64,000 nt of DNA. Origin: Rudaea sp. Lineage in GTDB: Bacteria; Pseudomonadota; Gammaproteobacteria; Xanthomonadales; Rhodanobacteraceae. The notes beneath the pieces are model-generated. The model worked only from the letters and a program-made list of their open reading frames with translations, was not told the origin of the DNA and searched no databases. The position numbers and the translations under genes are program-made. This document shows, in pieces, positions 1 through 9,349 of the stretch (positions are counted from its first letter, which is position 1; each line of letters begins with the position of its first letter). Location of the stretch: contig JBDTLA010000025.1 of assembly GCA_039935035.1 (NCBI GenBank), forward strand, positions 8,272 to 72,271. The letters are read 5' to 3'.

Positions 1-1740
1 GCCGTAGAACGAAGTCGATGCGTTCTTGCCGATTGCGTCCACACTCCAGACACGGCCCATGATCTTGAGTTTGTTGCGGTCGATCTGGCGGGTGAGGTCG
101 GGGCTGACTGGCGTCCACGAATCGCCGCGGTCGTCGCTGCGAAATATGCGCTGGGCAGCGAAATACAGGCGCTTGTGATCGTGCGGACTGACGATCACCG
201 GCGAATTCCAGTTCCAGCGCAACGCCGGTTCATCCGCGCCCGGCTGCGGCTGAATATCGGTGCCGACACCGGTCTTGCGGTCAAATCTTGCGAGCACGCC
301 GAACTGCGATTCGGCGTAGACGATGTTCGGATCGGTGGGATCGACCACGCTGTGAAAGCCGTCGCCTTCCTGGGTGATGAACCAATCCGAATTGACGATG
401 CCGTTCTTGCTGCGCGTTTGCGACGGACCGCCGACGGAATTGTTGTCCTGGGTGCCGCCGTAAATGTTGTAGAACGGCAGCGCATTGTCGACGGCGACAT
501 TGTAGAACTGCGACAATGGGAGGTTCTGACTCCAGATCCAGGTCGCGCCACGATCGAAGCTCTGGTACAGGCCACCGTCGCAGCCGGCGAGCAGATGTTT
601 GTTGTTCGCCGGGTCGATCCACAGCACATGATTGTCGACGTGCTTATGCTTCTCGTCGACGCGATGGAAGCTCTTGCCACCGTCTTCGCTGACGTGCATG
701 AAAGTGTCCATGGAATACACGCGGTCCAGGTCCTTTGGATCGGCAAAAAGCTCCATGTAGTATTGGCTGGTCGATGGCTGATAGTCGCCGCGCTTTTCCC
801 AGTTCTCGCCGGAATCGGTGGATCGGTAGAAGCCGCCTTTCTTGTCTTGCGCATCCAGCACGGCGTAAACCGTATCCGGATCGACCGGCGAGATCGCCAG
901 GCCGATGCGACCCATGTCGGTTTTCGGCAAACCATTGGTAATCTTGCGCCATGTCTTGCCGCCGTCGGTCGACTTGCGCAATCCGGTTTCGGGACCTCCG
1001 GCAATCACGCCCCACACGTGACGACGACGCTGGTAGGTCGAGGCGAACATGACATCAGGATTGCGTGGATCGAGCAGCACTTCGGTCACGCCGGTATTCT
1101 GCGAGGTCTCGAATGCCTTGTTCCAGGTCTTGCCGCCGTCGCGCGTGACGAACAATCCGCGGTCTCCACCGGCCGACCACAACGGTCCTTGCGCGGCAAC
1201 CCAGACCACGTTCGAATCGCGCGGATCGACCGCGATCATCGAAACGTGTTCGGAGTGCTTCAGCCCCATGTTGGTCCACGTCGTGCCACCATCGATCGAC
1301 TTGTACACGCCGTCGCCATAGGACACGCTGCGTTGCGAGTTGTTCTCGCCCGTGCCCACCCAAACCACCAACGGATTGTTCGGATCGATCGTCACGCAAC
1401 CGATCGAATACGAACCCTCATGATCAAATACCGGATTCCAACTCGCGCCGGCATTGACGGTTTTCCAGAGTCCGCCGGAAGCCACAGCGATATACCACGT
1501 GGCCTTGTCGCGAGGGTTCACCGCCAGATCAGAAATGCGCCCGGAAATCATCGCCGGACCGATACTGCGCATTTTCAGGCCCGCAAACGTCGCTGATTGC
1601 ATCGGTCCGGTATCGGCCTTCTTCGCCGGTTGATCGGCAGATTCCTTTGCCGGCTTCGAAGCTGCGCAAAGAGGCTGAGCGCCGACGACCATCAGGACAA
1701 CCGCAGATGCAATCAATACGAACCCATTACGCAAAAACAT
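1..1740 (-). CDS. Secreted BNR/Asp-box repeat beta-propeller (VPS10/sortilin-like 'glycosyl hydrolase'), N-terminal part; runs off the window edge
   Basis: Not in the ORF track. My manual minus-strand translation from ATG at 1740 reads [26 protein letters not shown] (signal peptide) ... [22 protein letters not shown] ... [15 protein letters not shown] ... [27 protein letters not shown], with repeated S/T-x-D-G-G-x-T-W Asp boxes. The 175..1596 (+) ORF is its codon-aligned antisense shadow. Confidence 0.88.
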   Translation of the reverse strand, partial: MFLRNGFVLIASAVVLMVVGAQPLCAASKPAKESADQPAKKADTGPMQSATFAGLKMRSIGPAMISGRISDLAVNPRDKATWYIAVASGGLWKTVNAGASWNPVFDHEGSYSIGCVTIDPNNPLVVWVGTGENNSQRSVSYGDGVYKSIDGGTTWTNMGLKHSEHVSMIAVDPRDSNVVWVAAQGPLWSAGGDRGLFVTRDGGKTWNKAFETSQNTGVTEVLLDPRNPDVMFASTYQRRRHVWGVIAGGPETGLRKSTDGGKTWRKITNGLPKTDMGRIGLAISPVDPDTVYAVLDAQDKKGGFYRSTDSGENWEKRGDYQPSTSQYYMELFADPKDLDRVYSMDTFMHVSEDGGKSFHRVDEKHKHVDNHVLWIDPANNKHLLAGCDGGLYQSFDRGATWIWSQNLPLSQFYNVAVDNALPFYNIYGGTQDNNSVGGPSQTRSKNGIVNSDWFITQEGDGFHSVVDPTDPNIVYAESQFGVLARFDRKTGVGTDIQPQPGADEPALRWNWNSPVIVSPHDHKRLYFAAQRIFRSDDRGDSWTPVSPDLTRQIDRNKLKIMGRVWSVDAIGKNASTSFYG

Positions 1741-1992
1741 GGACGACACGACATTTCCCCTCGATCTTCTGTCAGTGACTCATATTACTTCAACCGGCTG
1801 ACTTACGAACCGGGTCCTCGCTTGGCTTGGCGCGACGATACCTGAAGGTGCCAGTACACGAAGTCGCAGGATCGTGTGTTTTCGCGATCATTCGGCGTCT
1901 GTGCTCGGTCCTTGTCAGGATTGCCCAGGCGTGCTCGTGCGCGGCAGACGCAAGCTTGCTAAAGTCCACCCACCAAACCGGCCAAGGCAGCC

Positions 1993-2421
1993 ATGGCAAC
2001 GATCTTCGACAAGTTGAATTTGAAAGACCAGCGCGAAATCCTGGTCATCAATGCGCCAGCGTCGTTCGAAGCGGAGTTGGTAACCCTTGGCGACATTGCA
2101 ATCCTTCGAGACGCAAAGGCCGCCAAGCAGATTGGTTTTTGCCTGGCGTTTGTCACCCGCATCGCCGAGCTTGAAACGTTAACCACTTCGCTGCCACGCA
2201 AAGCCAAAGGCGATGCCCTGCTCTGGTTCGCCTACCCGAAAGGTACATCGAAGAAATACCAATGCGAGTTCAATCGCGATACAGGCTGGGACGCGATGCG
2301 CCAGGCTGGCTTCGACACGGTGCGCCAGATTGCCATCGACGACGACTGGACGGCATTGCGATTCCGGCGCGTTGAATTCATCGGTGCAGGCGCAAAACGC
2401 TCCAGGCCAATCAAGCAGTAG
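1993..2421 (+). CDS. Conserved hypothetical protein (DUF3052-like)
   Basis: 142 aa with a natural-looking globular sequence; motifs LLWFAYPKGTSKKY, NRDTGW and RQIAIDDDWTALRFR. Confidence 0.75.
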   Translation: MATIFDKLNLKDQREILVINAPASFEAELVTLGDIAILRDAKAAKQIGFCLAFVTRIAELETLTTSLPRKAKGDALLWFAYPKGTSKKYQCEFNRDTGWDAMRQAGFDTVRQIAIDDDWTALRFRRVEFIGAGAKRSRPIKQ

Positions 2422-2467
2422 CAGCCCCTGTACCGAGCCAGTAAATCAAGACGATCCCATACGATCG

Positions 2468-4909
2468 TCAGGAAACCGCTTCACTGAAATCGAACGTCCA
2501 GCCCGGCAGCCATGTGCACAGGGCATCACCTTGTACGTAATGCACACCCAGTCGCAATAGGACGCTCAGGTCGGCGATGCCGGCAATATCGGCGGCCACG
2601 ACGATCTTGCCCAGCGTTCGCGCGTTGTTGATGGCGCCCGACCAAGGCTCCCATGCCGCATCAGCTTTAGTTGTAGCATCGCCTCCACGTCTGAGCTTGA
2701 CCGAACTGAACGCATTGACCGCCAATAGCTTTTCGATGTCCGTGCCATCCGCAGGATTTGCATCAAGCACAAGACGAACACCAACGCGCTGTAGCGAATC
2801 CAGCGCACTGCGCAGTCGTGCGAGCTGGTCGCGAGCTTCACCGGCGTCGAATTCCAGCGCCAGTACGTTGCTCGGAACTGCATTTGCTCCCAGCTCAGCC
2901 GCCAGCCACGGCGCGAACGCGGGATCAAACAGGCTTTCGACCGCTACCGGCACATGCAGTCGCAACTCCTGACCCGGCTCACGCTTGTCACGAACCAGTT
3001 CGATGATGCCGCGCAATTGATGGCGGTCGGCATGCGCAACCAGATCCAGTTTGCGCGCGATTGCCAGATAGTCGCGACGAGGCAACGCCAACGCCTGCGA
3101 CGACTTGGGCGGCTTGAGGATCATGCGCGCCTCATATTGGCCGACGATTTGACCGCTCAGCGAGATCAGCGGCTGGAAGTCGAATTGCGCCGTCTCGCGC
3201 ACGCTTGGCGCACGCAATATTGCACGCACCATACGCAAACGGGGGTCTTCATTGCTCGGCGCGCGCGGAACGCGCAAGTCGTATTCACCGCATGCGCCAC
3301 CGGCTTGCTCCGCCTTGGCCAATAACGCGCGCACGCGATCCAGTGCCGCATCGACGTCGGCCATATCCGGATTCAAGCGGCTGGCCCCGATGCTGAAATG
3401 CAAACGCACCTGCAATTCGTCTGAAAGCCATGCCCGTGCTTCGAGTGTCTGACGCAGTGTTTGGAACTGTTCACGCGCCTGGAGTTCGTCTTCGGCATGC
3501 AGCAGCACCAGAAATTTCAGCTCGCCACATGCACACAGGGTACGCGCGCCGTGTATTTCGGCGGCCAAGGCTGCCGCCAGTTGCTGTGCGAGAACGCCTC
3601 CTGCACTAAACCCAATGCTGTGTTGCACGCTGTCGACATCGTCCACCACGATCATGGCAAGCGCCGGACAGCGCTCCTGTTCTTCACGCAGGCTGCGCAC
3701 GATCTCGCGTGCCAACACGTCGCGTCCGGAAAGCGTGCCACGGCGTTCGCCACGACGATCGGATTGCGGTGCATTGAGCTGGCGGGCACGCTTGATGCGA
3801 CTTTCCACCGTGGTTACCAGATGCCGCGGTTTGACCGGTTTGGTGATGAAGTCATCGGCACCCACGCGAATCGCGTCGAAACGCAAATCCGGATCAAGCT
3901 CCCCGGACAAGAACACGATTGGCAGAAACGCTTGGCCGGAATTTCGTATTCCTTGAGCAACTTCGATGCCGTTGCTACCGGGCAGGTACAAGTCCAGCAG
4001 CACCAGGTCCGGCTTGAATTCCTCGATGACTGCAGGTACGCGCGCCGGATCCTCGCAGACACTGGTGATCACGCCACGGTGGCGCAGGATGGATTCGCAA
4101 AACTTGGCCTGTCCTGCATCGTCTTCCACGATCAACACGCGATAGCCCAAAGCGCGGCGCTGCGCCCACAGTTCGTCCATGCGCGCAATCACCACCACCG
4201 GATCGCGTCCGTTGACGATGGCGTCAGCGCCCGCACGTTGCGCAAACAAGGTATGCGTGTTGTCGATCTCGTCGCCCAGCACCAGGCATAGCAACGTATC
4301 CTTGTGCGCTGGACGTCGACTCTGCGCGGCTTCGCTCAACGCGTGGATTTCCGAGGCGAACGCGTCGTCGATGAGCAAGACGTCCGGGCAGATGTCTTCC
4401 AGCGCATGGAGCAGATTCTGGGTAGATTCGAACGGGCGCACGATGTAGTGCTGTCGACCCAGGGCCGCGGCAAGTCCGGGCATGTCGCGTTCCGCGCTGC
4501 GCAAGTAAAAAGCCTGGCGATGGGTCGTTTCGTCGCTGCGGGTGGATTTACGCGCCGTGCGCCGCACGGCCGTTTCGCCGCTGGCTGCCGCGAGCGTCTC
4601 GATTTGTCGATCCAGACCCTGGCGTTGTGAGGCATTGGGTATGGCGGCGCCATCGACGAAAGAACACAGGTAAACCACCAGTTCCAGCGCTGGCCCGGCG
4701 ATGCGGATTGCCGATTGCGCTTCGGCTTCTGCAGCAAGGCGTTCGAGGTCCTCGTAAAGCGCATCGGCGCGTTCGGATTGCCAGTTTTTACCCAGCGTTG
4801 TGCGCCAGTCGTCGACAAATCGCTGCACACGCTGGCGCAAAGCGCGATCACCACTTCCCGGTGCGGCGGAGTCTTCGACGGTTGGGTTGTTTTCGACGGT
4901 ACCGGACAT
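2468..4909 (-). CDS. Response regulator with tandem REC domains and degenerate GGDEF and EAL domains
   Basis: Canonical REC (RVLIVEDD...PDLVLLDLYLPGSNG...GADDFITKP) preceded by a REC-like domain. The GGDEF position reads CGELK; the EAL region reads FQPLISL...YEARM and lacks DDFGTG. Confidence 0.85.
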   Translation of the reverse strand: MSGTVENNPTVEDSAAPGSGDRALRQRVQRFVDDWRTTLGKNWQSERADALYEDLERLAAEAEAQSAIRIAGPALELVVYLCSFVDGAAIPNASQRQGLDRQIETLAAASGETAVRRTARKSTRSDETTHRQAFYLRSAERDMPGLAAALGRQHYIVRPFESTQNLLHALEDICPDVLLIDDAFASEIHALSEAAQSRRPAHKDTLLCLVLGDEIDNTHTLFAQRAGADAIVNGRDPVVVIARMDELWAQRRALGYRVLIVEDDAGQAKFCESILRHRGVITSVCEDPARVPAVIEEFKPDLVLLDLYLPGSNGIEVAQGIRNSGQAFLPIVFLSGELDPDLRFDAIRVGADDFITKPVKPRHLVTTVESRIKRARQLNAPQSDRRGERRGTLSGRDVLAREIVRSLREEQERCPALAMIVVDDVDSVQHSIGFSAGGVLAQQLAAALAAEIHGARTLCACGELKFLVLLHAEDELQAREQFQTLRQTLEARAWLSDELQVRLHFSIGASRLNPDMADVDAALDRVRALLAKAEQAGGACGEYDLRVPRAPSNEDPRLRMVRAILRAPSVRETAQFDFQPLISLSGQIVGQYEARMILKPPKSSQALALPRRDYLAIARKLDLVAHADRHQLRGIIELVRDKREPGQELRLHVPVAVESLFDPAFAPWLAAELGANAVPSNVLALEFDAGEARDQLARLRSALDSLQRVGVRLVLDANPADGTDIEKLLAVNAFSSVKLRRGGDATTKADAAWEPWSGAINNARTLGKIVVAADIAGIADLSVLLRLGVHYVQGDALCTWLPGWTFDFSEAVS

Positions 4910-4980
4910 GAATACGAATTGATTAGGCGTGCACGTACTATAACCTGTGTCGGCTGGGTAACTCCGCGCAATTGTATTAA

Positions 4981-5264
4981 GGATGCGCTGAACAAGTCCG
5001 CGTAGGCGTCACCGATCTGTCTGCTCGAAGATCAAGGCGCGTCGGCGAAGTCAGACGGGCCGTCTTTCGAGCTGGCGCGACGCGGAGGTGCAGGCAAACA
5101 AATCGGCCCCCACCGATTGATTTCAAATGATGGGGTGATGTCCAGAAGACCCGCCTAACGGCACGCACGGCTTGCCAAGGCAACCCGCATTGGCGGCGCC
5201 ACGCACTCCAATGTGCGAATCTTCTGGGCATCATAATGCTTGTCTGGGCTTGTTCGGCGCATCC
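4981..5264. mobile_element. Non-autonomous MITE-like element, 284 bp, with IS5-like ends
   Basis: 19-bp terminal inverted repeats GGATGCGCTGAACAAGTCC (4981-4999) and GGGCTTGTTCGGCGCATCC (5246-5264), 17/19 match. TTAA on both sides (4977-4980, 5265-5268). No transposase. Confidence 0.75.
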
Positions 5265-5402
5265 TTAAGTCGTCCAAAATTATTTACCGATGCGCATGCG
5301 ACCGACAACCCGTCGCCACAAAGACATTGGCATTGCGACGCCTGCTGGCGCACGCGAACACTAGCGGGTACCCTGCCGTTCCACGTGCGTGTACCGTATC
5401 CG

Positions 5403-6707
5403 ATGCCTGAATCAGCAATCGTCCCAGCCGCCGATCGCGAAATATTTTCGCCCAGTGAGCTGGCGCGGCTTGCGCGCGCGACGCTGGAACAGCGATTTGC
5501 GCTGATCTGGGTGGAAGGAGAAATCTCCAACTTCGCGCGTCCTGCATCCGGTCATTTGTACTTCAGCCTGAAGGACGCGAACGCGCAAGTACGTTGTGCG
5601 ATGTTCAAGCCAAAAAGTAGTTTTTTGCGCTTTCGACCTGCGGATGGCATGCGCGTTTTGGCGCGCGTACGCGTCAGCCTGTATGAAGCGCGCGGCGAAT
5701 TCCAACTCATCGTCGAACACATGGAGCAAGCCGGCGAAGGTGCCTTGCTGCGGGAATTCGAGCTGCTCAAAGCGCGCCTCGCGGCCGAGGGCCTTTTCGA
5801 TGCATCGCGCAAGCGCGCATTGCCTGCGTTGCCGCGACGCATTGCGGCGATCACCTCGCCCACAGGCGCCGCAATCCGTGATGTGCTCAATGTGATTGGG
5901 CGCCGCTTCGCGCTGGCGCAAGTTGATGTGTTGCCTGTGCCCGTACAGGGCAACACTGCCGCTGCAGCGATCGCGAAGATGCTAACGGCAGCGGCAGCCT
6001 CAGGACGCTACGACGTGATCCTGCTCACGCGCGGCGGTGGTTCGCTGGAAGATTTGTGGGCATTCAACGACGAATCACTGGCTCGCGCCATTCGTGCCAG
6101 CGCAGTGCCGGTGGTAAGCGCTGTCGGCCACGAAGTGGATTTCACGATTGCCGATTTTGCTGCGGACCTGCGCGCACCAACGCCATCGGCCGCGGCGGAA
6201 CTGCTGGTCCCGGATTCAGTGGCTTTGGCGCGCGGACTGCGCCACAGCAGCGAACGGTTGCGTCAACAAATTCGTCAGCGCCTGCGTGCGCTGGCACAGC
6301 GCAGCGATCACGCCTGGGCGCGCCTGCGTGCCCAGCATCCGCACTTGCGTTTGACCGGCGGAAACCAGCGTCTGGGGCAATTGCGCGCGCGCCTGCAAGC
6401 GCAACATCCGACAGTAAAGCTCGAACGACGCAAAACCGACACCGTCAAGCTGCAACAGCGCCTGCGAATTGCAATGGCGCATGGTCTGGAAAATCGTATG
6501 CGCAAGGCAGGAGAATTGGCCCGGGCGCTCAATGCCGTCAGCCCTCTCGCCACATTGCAGCGCGGTTACGCGATCCTGATCGATATCGACAGCGGAAGCG
6601 TTGTGCGTTCGATATCCCAGGCCACGCGCGGCAAGAACATTCTGGCGCGTGTAGCCGACGGCGAATTCACATTGCAGATATCGAGCAGTGCAGGTGCCGA
6701 TCAATGA
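5403..6707 (+). CDS. xseA: Exodeoxyribonuclease VII large subunit
   Basis: WVEGEISNF...SGHLYFSLKD, TSPTGAAIRD, RGGGSLEDLWAFNDE, GHEVDFTIADFAADLRAPTPSAAAE, SPLATLQRGY. Start placed at MPESAIV. Confidence 0.95.
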   Translation: MPESAIVPAADREIFSPSELARLARATLEQRFALIWVEGEISNFARPASGHLYFSLKDANAQVRCAMFKPKSSFLRFRPADGMRVLARVRVSLYEARGEFQLIVEHMEQAGEGALLREFELLKARLAAEGLFDASRKRALPALPRRIAAITSPTGAAIRDVLNVIGRRFALAQVDVLPVPVQGNTAAAAIAKMLTAAAASGRYDVILLTRGGGSLEDLWAFNDESLARAIRASAVPVVSAVGHEVDFTIADFAADLRAPTPSAAAELLVPDSVALARGLRHSSERLRQQIRQRLRALAQRSDHAWARLRAQHPHLRLTGGNQRLGQLRARLQAQHPTVKLERRKTDTVKLQQRLRIAMAHGLENRMRKAGELARALNAVSPLATLQRGYAILIDIDSGSVVRSISQATRGKNILARVADGEFTLQISSSAGADQ

Positions 6708-7399
6708 CCAGACGCCATCGCGAACACCACACAACCGAGCGCTTTGGCTGGCTACGCGCATCCGTGCTGGGCAGCAACGATGGCGTGATTTCGACGGCCT
6801 CGATCATCCTTGGCGTCAGTGCTGCCGGTGCCAGTTACCAGGCGATCCTCACGGCTGCCATGGCCAGCCTCGTTGCGGGTGCGATGTCGATGGCCGCCGG
6901 CGAATTCGTCTCGGTCAGTTCCCAGGCCGACATGGAAAAGGCGCAAACCGAAGCTGAGCGTAGCGAGCTCGAAAACGACAGCGCCGGCGAACACAGGGAA
7001 CTGGAAAACATCTACATCGACCGCGGCCTGACTGCGCCGCTTGCTCGTCAGGTCACGCAGCAATTGATGGCGCACGATGCGCTAGACGCGCATTTGCGCG
7101 ACGAACTGGGTATAACCCAGATGCAGCGCCCACGGCCACTACAGGCGGCGTTCGCATCAGCCTGCAGTTATGTGATCGGCGCGGCGCTGCCAGTGGCCAC
7201 CGTGGTGATCGCCCCACGCGGCTGGCTGATGCTGGCGGAAAGTTCCATTTCCTTGATCGTGTTGACCTTGCTGGGCGGCCTCGCCGCCCGCGCCGGCGGC
7301 GCGAGCGTGACTACCGGCGCATTGCGCATGCTTGGCTGGGGTGTATTTGCCATGGCTGTGACCAGTGGGGCCGGCGCTTTGTTTGGCGCGCTGGATTGA
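6704..7399 (+). CDS. VIT1/CCC1 family Fe/Mn transporter
   Basis: WLRASVLGSNDGVISTAS, GAMSMAAGEFVSVSSQ, AHLRDELG. ATGA overlap with the xseA stop. Confidence 0.9.
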   Translation: MTRRHREHHTTERFGWLRASVLGSNDGVISTASIILGVSAAGASYQAILTAAMASLVAGAMSMAAGEFVSVSSQADMEKAQTEAERSELENDSAGEHRELENIYIDRGLTAPLARQVTQQLMAHDALDAHLRDELGITQMQRPRPLQAAFASACSYVIGAALPVATVVIAPRGWLMLAESSISLIVLTLLGGLAARAGGASVTTGALRMLGWGVFAMAVTSGAGALFGALD

Positions 7400-7489
7400 C
7401 AAATCGCCAACTTGCGATTTTTGCATGAAAACGTTTGACGCCTTCGCTGATGGCGTCGACAATCGACCGACTTTACCGGGGAGTATCCA

Positions 7490-9130
7490 ATGAAAGCATC
7501 TGATCTGTTCGTGAAAGCCTTGGAAGCCGAGAACGTCGAATACGTATTCGGTATCCCCGGCGAAGAAAACCTTGATTTGCTCGAATCGCTGCGCACCTCA
7601 TCGATCAAGCTGATTCTTACCCGTCACGAACAGGCGGCAGGCTTCATGGCCGCGACCTATGGTCGTCTTACCGGCAAGGCCGGCGTGTGTCTTTCCACAC
7701 TGGGGCCAGGCGCCACCAACTTCGTGACCGCCGCAGCCTACGCGCAACTTGGCGGCATGCCCATGCTGATGCTGACCGGGCAAAAACCGATCAAGGTTTC
7801 CAAACAGGGCCATTTCCAGATCGTCGACGTCGTCGACATGATGAAGCCTCTGACCAAATACACGCGCCAGATCATTTCCGCCGACAGCATTCCAGCGCGC
7901 GTGCGCGAATCGTTCCGACGCGCTGAAGAAGAACGTCCCGGTGCCACGCATCTTGAGTTGCCCGAAGACATCGCCCACGACCAGGTCGACGCGCACCTGA
8001 TCAAGGCCAGCTACCATCGCCGCCCGGTCGCTGACGAAAAAGCCATTACGCACGCAATTGAAGCGGTCAACGCAGCCAAACACCCGCTGTTGATGATCGG
8101 CGCCGCGGCCAATCGCAAACTGTGCAGCAAGATGCTGCGCGAATTCGTCGACACCACGGGCATCCCCTTCTTTACAACGCAGATGGGCAAGGGCGTCATC
8201 GACGAAACCCATCCGTTGTGGCTCGGCAATGCGTCGCTATCTGACGGCGACTTCGTGCATCGGGCGATCGATCGCGCCGACTGCATTATCAACGTCGGCC
8301 ACGACGTCATCGAAAAGCCGCCATTCTTCATGAAAGAGGGACGGCGCACGGTCATCCACGTCAATTTCGCCAGCGCCGAAGTCGATCCGGTCTACTTCCC
8401 GCAGATCGAAGTGGTCGGCGACATCGCCAATTCGGTGTGGCGCATGAAGCAGCGTATCTCGCCGTGCCCACATTGGGACTTTGGGTACTTTTCCGACGTG
8501 CGCAAACACCTCGATGCGCACCTGGCCGAGGGCAAGGACGACGGACGCTGGCCGATCTACCCGCAACGCATGGTGGCCGACGTGCGCAAGGTCATGCCGA
8601 ACGACGGCATCGTGTGCCTGGACAACGGCATGTACAAGATCTGGTTCTCGCGCTACTACCGTTGCCGCGAACCCAACACCATGCTGCTCGACAACGCGCT
8701 GGCGACGATGGGTGCAGGATTGCCTTCAGCGATCGGCGCCAAGATCGTGTATCCCAAGCGCAAGGTGCTGGCCGTCGCCGGCGATGGCGGCTTCATGATG
8801 AACTCGCAGGAAATCGAAACCGCGGTGCGCCTGAAACTCGACCTGGTCGTTCTGCTGATCCGCGACAACGCCTACGGCATGATCAAGTGGAAGCAGGCGA
8901 ACATGAATTTCCCCAACTTCGGCATGGACATGGGCAACCCGGATTTCGTCGAGTACGCCAATTGCTACGGCGCGCACGGACACCGTCCTTCCTCGGCCGA
9001 CGAATTCGCCCCGATGCTGCAGAAATGCATCGATACGCCCGGGGTGCACCTGCTCGAAGTCCCGATCGACTATTCCGACAACGATCGCATCCTGAACAAG
9101 GAAATCAAGGAATTGTCGGCAAAAGTCTGA
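7490..9130 (+). CDS. ThDP-dependent enzyme, acetolactate synthase large subunit-like (possible 2-oxoacid decarboxylase)
   Basis: FGIPGEEN, RHEQAAGFMA, TLGPGATN and the ThDP motif GDGGFMMN...DNAYG. GGGGAG RBS. No small subunit nearby. Confidence 0.9.
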   Translation: MKASDLFVKALEAENVEYVFGIPGEENLDLLESLRTSSIKLILTRHEQAAGFMAATYGRLTGKAGVCLSTLGPGATNFVTAAAYAQLGGMPMLMLTGQKPIKVSKQGHFQIVDVVDMMKPLTKYTRQIISADSIPARVRESFRRAEEERPGATHLELPEDIAHDQVDAHLIKASYHRRPVADEKAITHAIEAVNAAKHPLLMIGAAANRKLCSKMLREFVDTTGIPFFTTQMGKGVIDETHPLWLGNASLSDGDFVHRAIDRADCIINVGHDVIEKPPFFMKEGRRTVIHVNFASAEVDPVYFPQIEVVGDIANSVWRMKQRISPCPHWDFGYFSDVRKHLDAHLAEGKDDGRWPIYPQRMVADVRKVMPNDGIVCLDNGMYKIWFSRYYRCREPNTMLLDNALATMGAGLPSAIGAKIVYPKRKVLAVAGDGGFMMNSQEIETAVRLKLDLVVLLIRDNAYGMIKWKQANMNFPNFGMDMGNPDFVEYANCYGAHGHRPSSADEFAPMLQKCIDTPGVHLLEVPIDYSDNDRILNKEIKELSAKV

Positions 9131-9137
9131 TCAACGC

Positions 9138-9251
9138 GTAGGGCGGGAGAAGTCGCGAAAGCGACGTATCCCGCCGGTTAGCCTCACTTCTGACATTGGC
9201 GGGATTCGCTACGCTGCTCCGGCGGGATTCGCTGCGCTACTCCCGCCCTAC
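9138..9251. repeat. GTAG-type REP doublet (REPIN/BIME-like) with an internal partial duplication
   Basis: GTAGGGCGGG...CCCGCC (9138-9175) faces GGCGGGATTCGCTGCGCTACTCCCGCCCTAC (9221-9251). 9198-9220 is a near copy of the start of the second unit. Confidence 0.7.
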
Positions 9252-9304
9252 ATTGTTACCGAGTGACCGAATTTACCGACTGCATTTGACGCTAGGCGCA
9301 AGAA

Positions 9305-9332
9305 CTGGATTCCAGCGTTCGCTGGAATGACG
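9305..9332. repeat. Palindromic dispersed repeat (TGGATTCC...GGAATGAC type)
   Basis: CTGGATTCCAGCGTTCGCTGGAATGACG; a related copy lies at 55764-55791. Confidence 0.7.
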
Positions 9333-9349
9333 AACTGGAGTATTCCATC

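Noticed and set aside
175-1596. 473-aa plus-strand ORF
   Set aside because: Codon-aligned antisense shadow of the BNR-repeat gene on the minus strand; no recognisable motifs.
5172-5402. N-terminal extension of the xseA ORF
   Set aside because: It runs through the MITE end and intergenic DNA; homology starts after the Met at 5403.
6056-6703. Apparent long N-terminus of the VIT1 ORF (447 aa)
   Set aside because: Alternative frame over xseA; the ATGA overlap at 6704 gives a normal-length VIT1 protein.
9138-9251. Possible mini-CRISPR array from repeated GGCGGGATTCGCT
   Set aside because: Only two adjacent copies, no unique spacers and no cas genes; the geometry fits a REP doublet.
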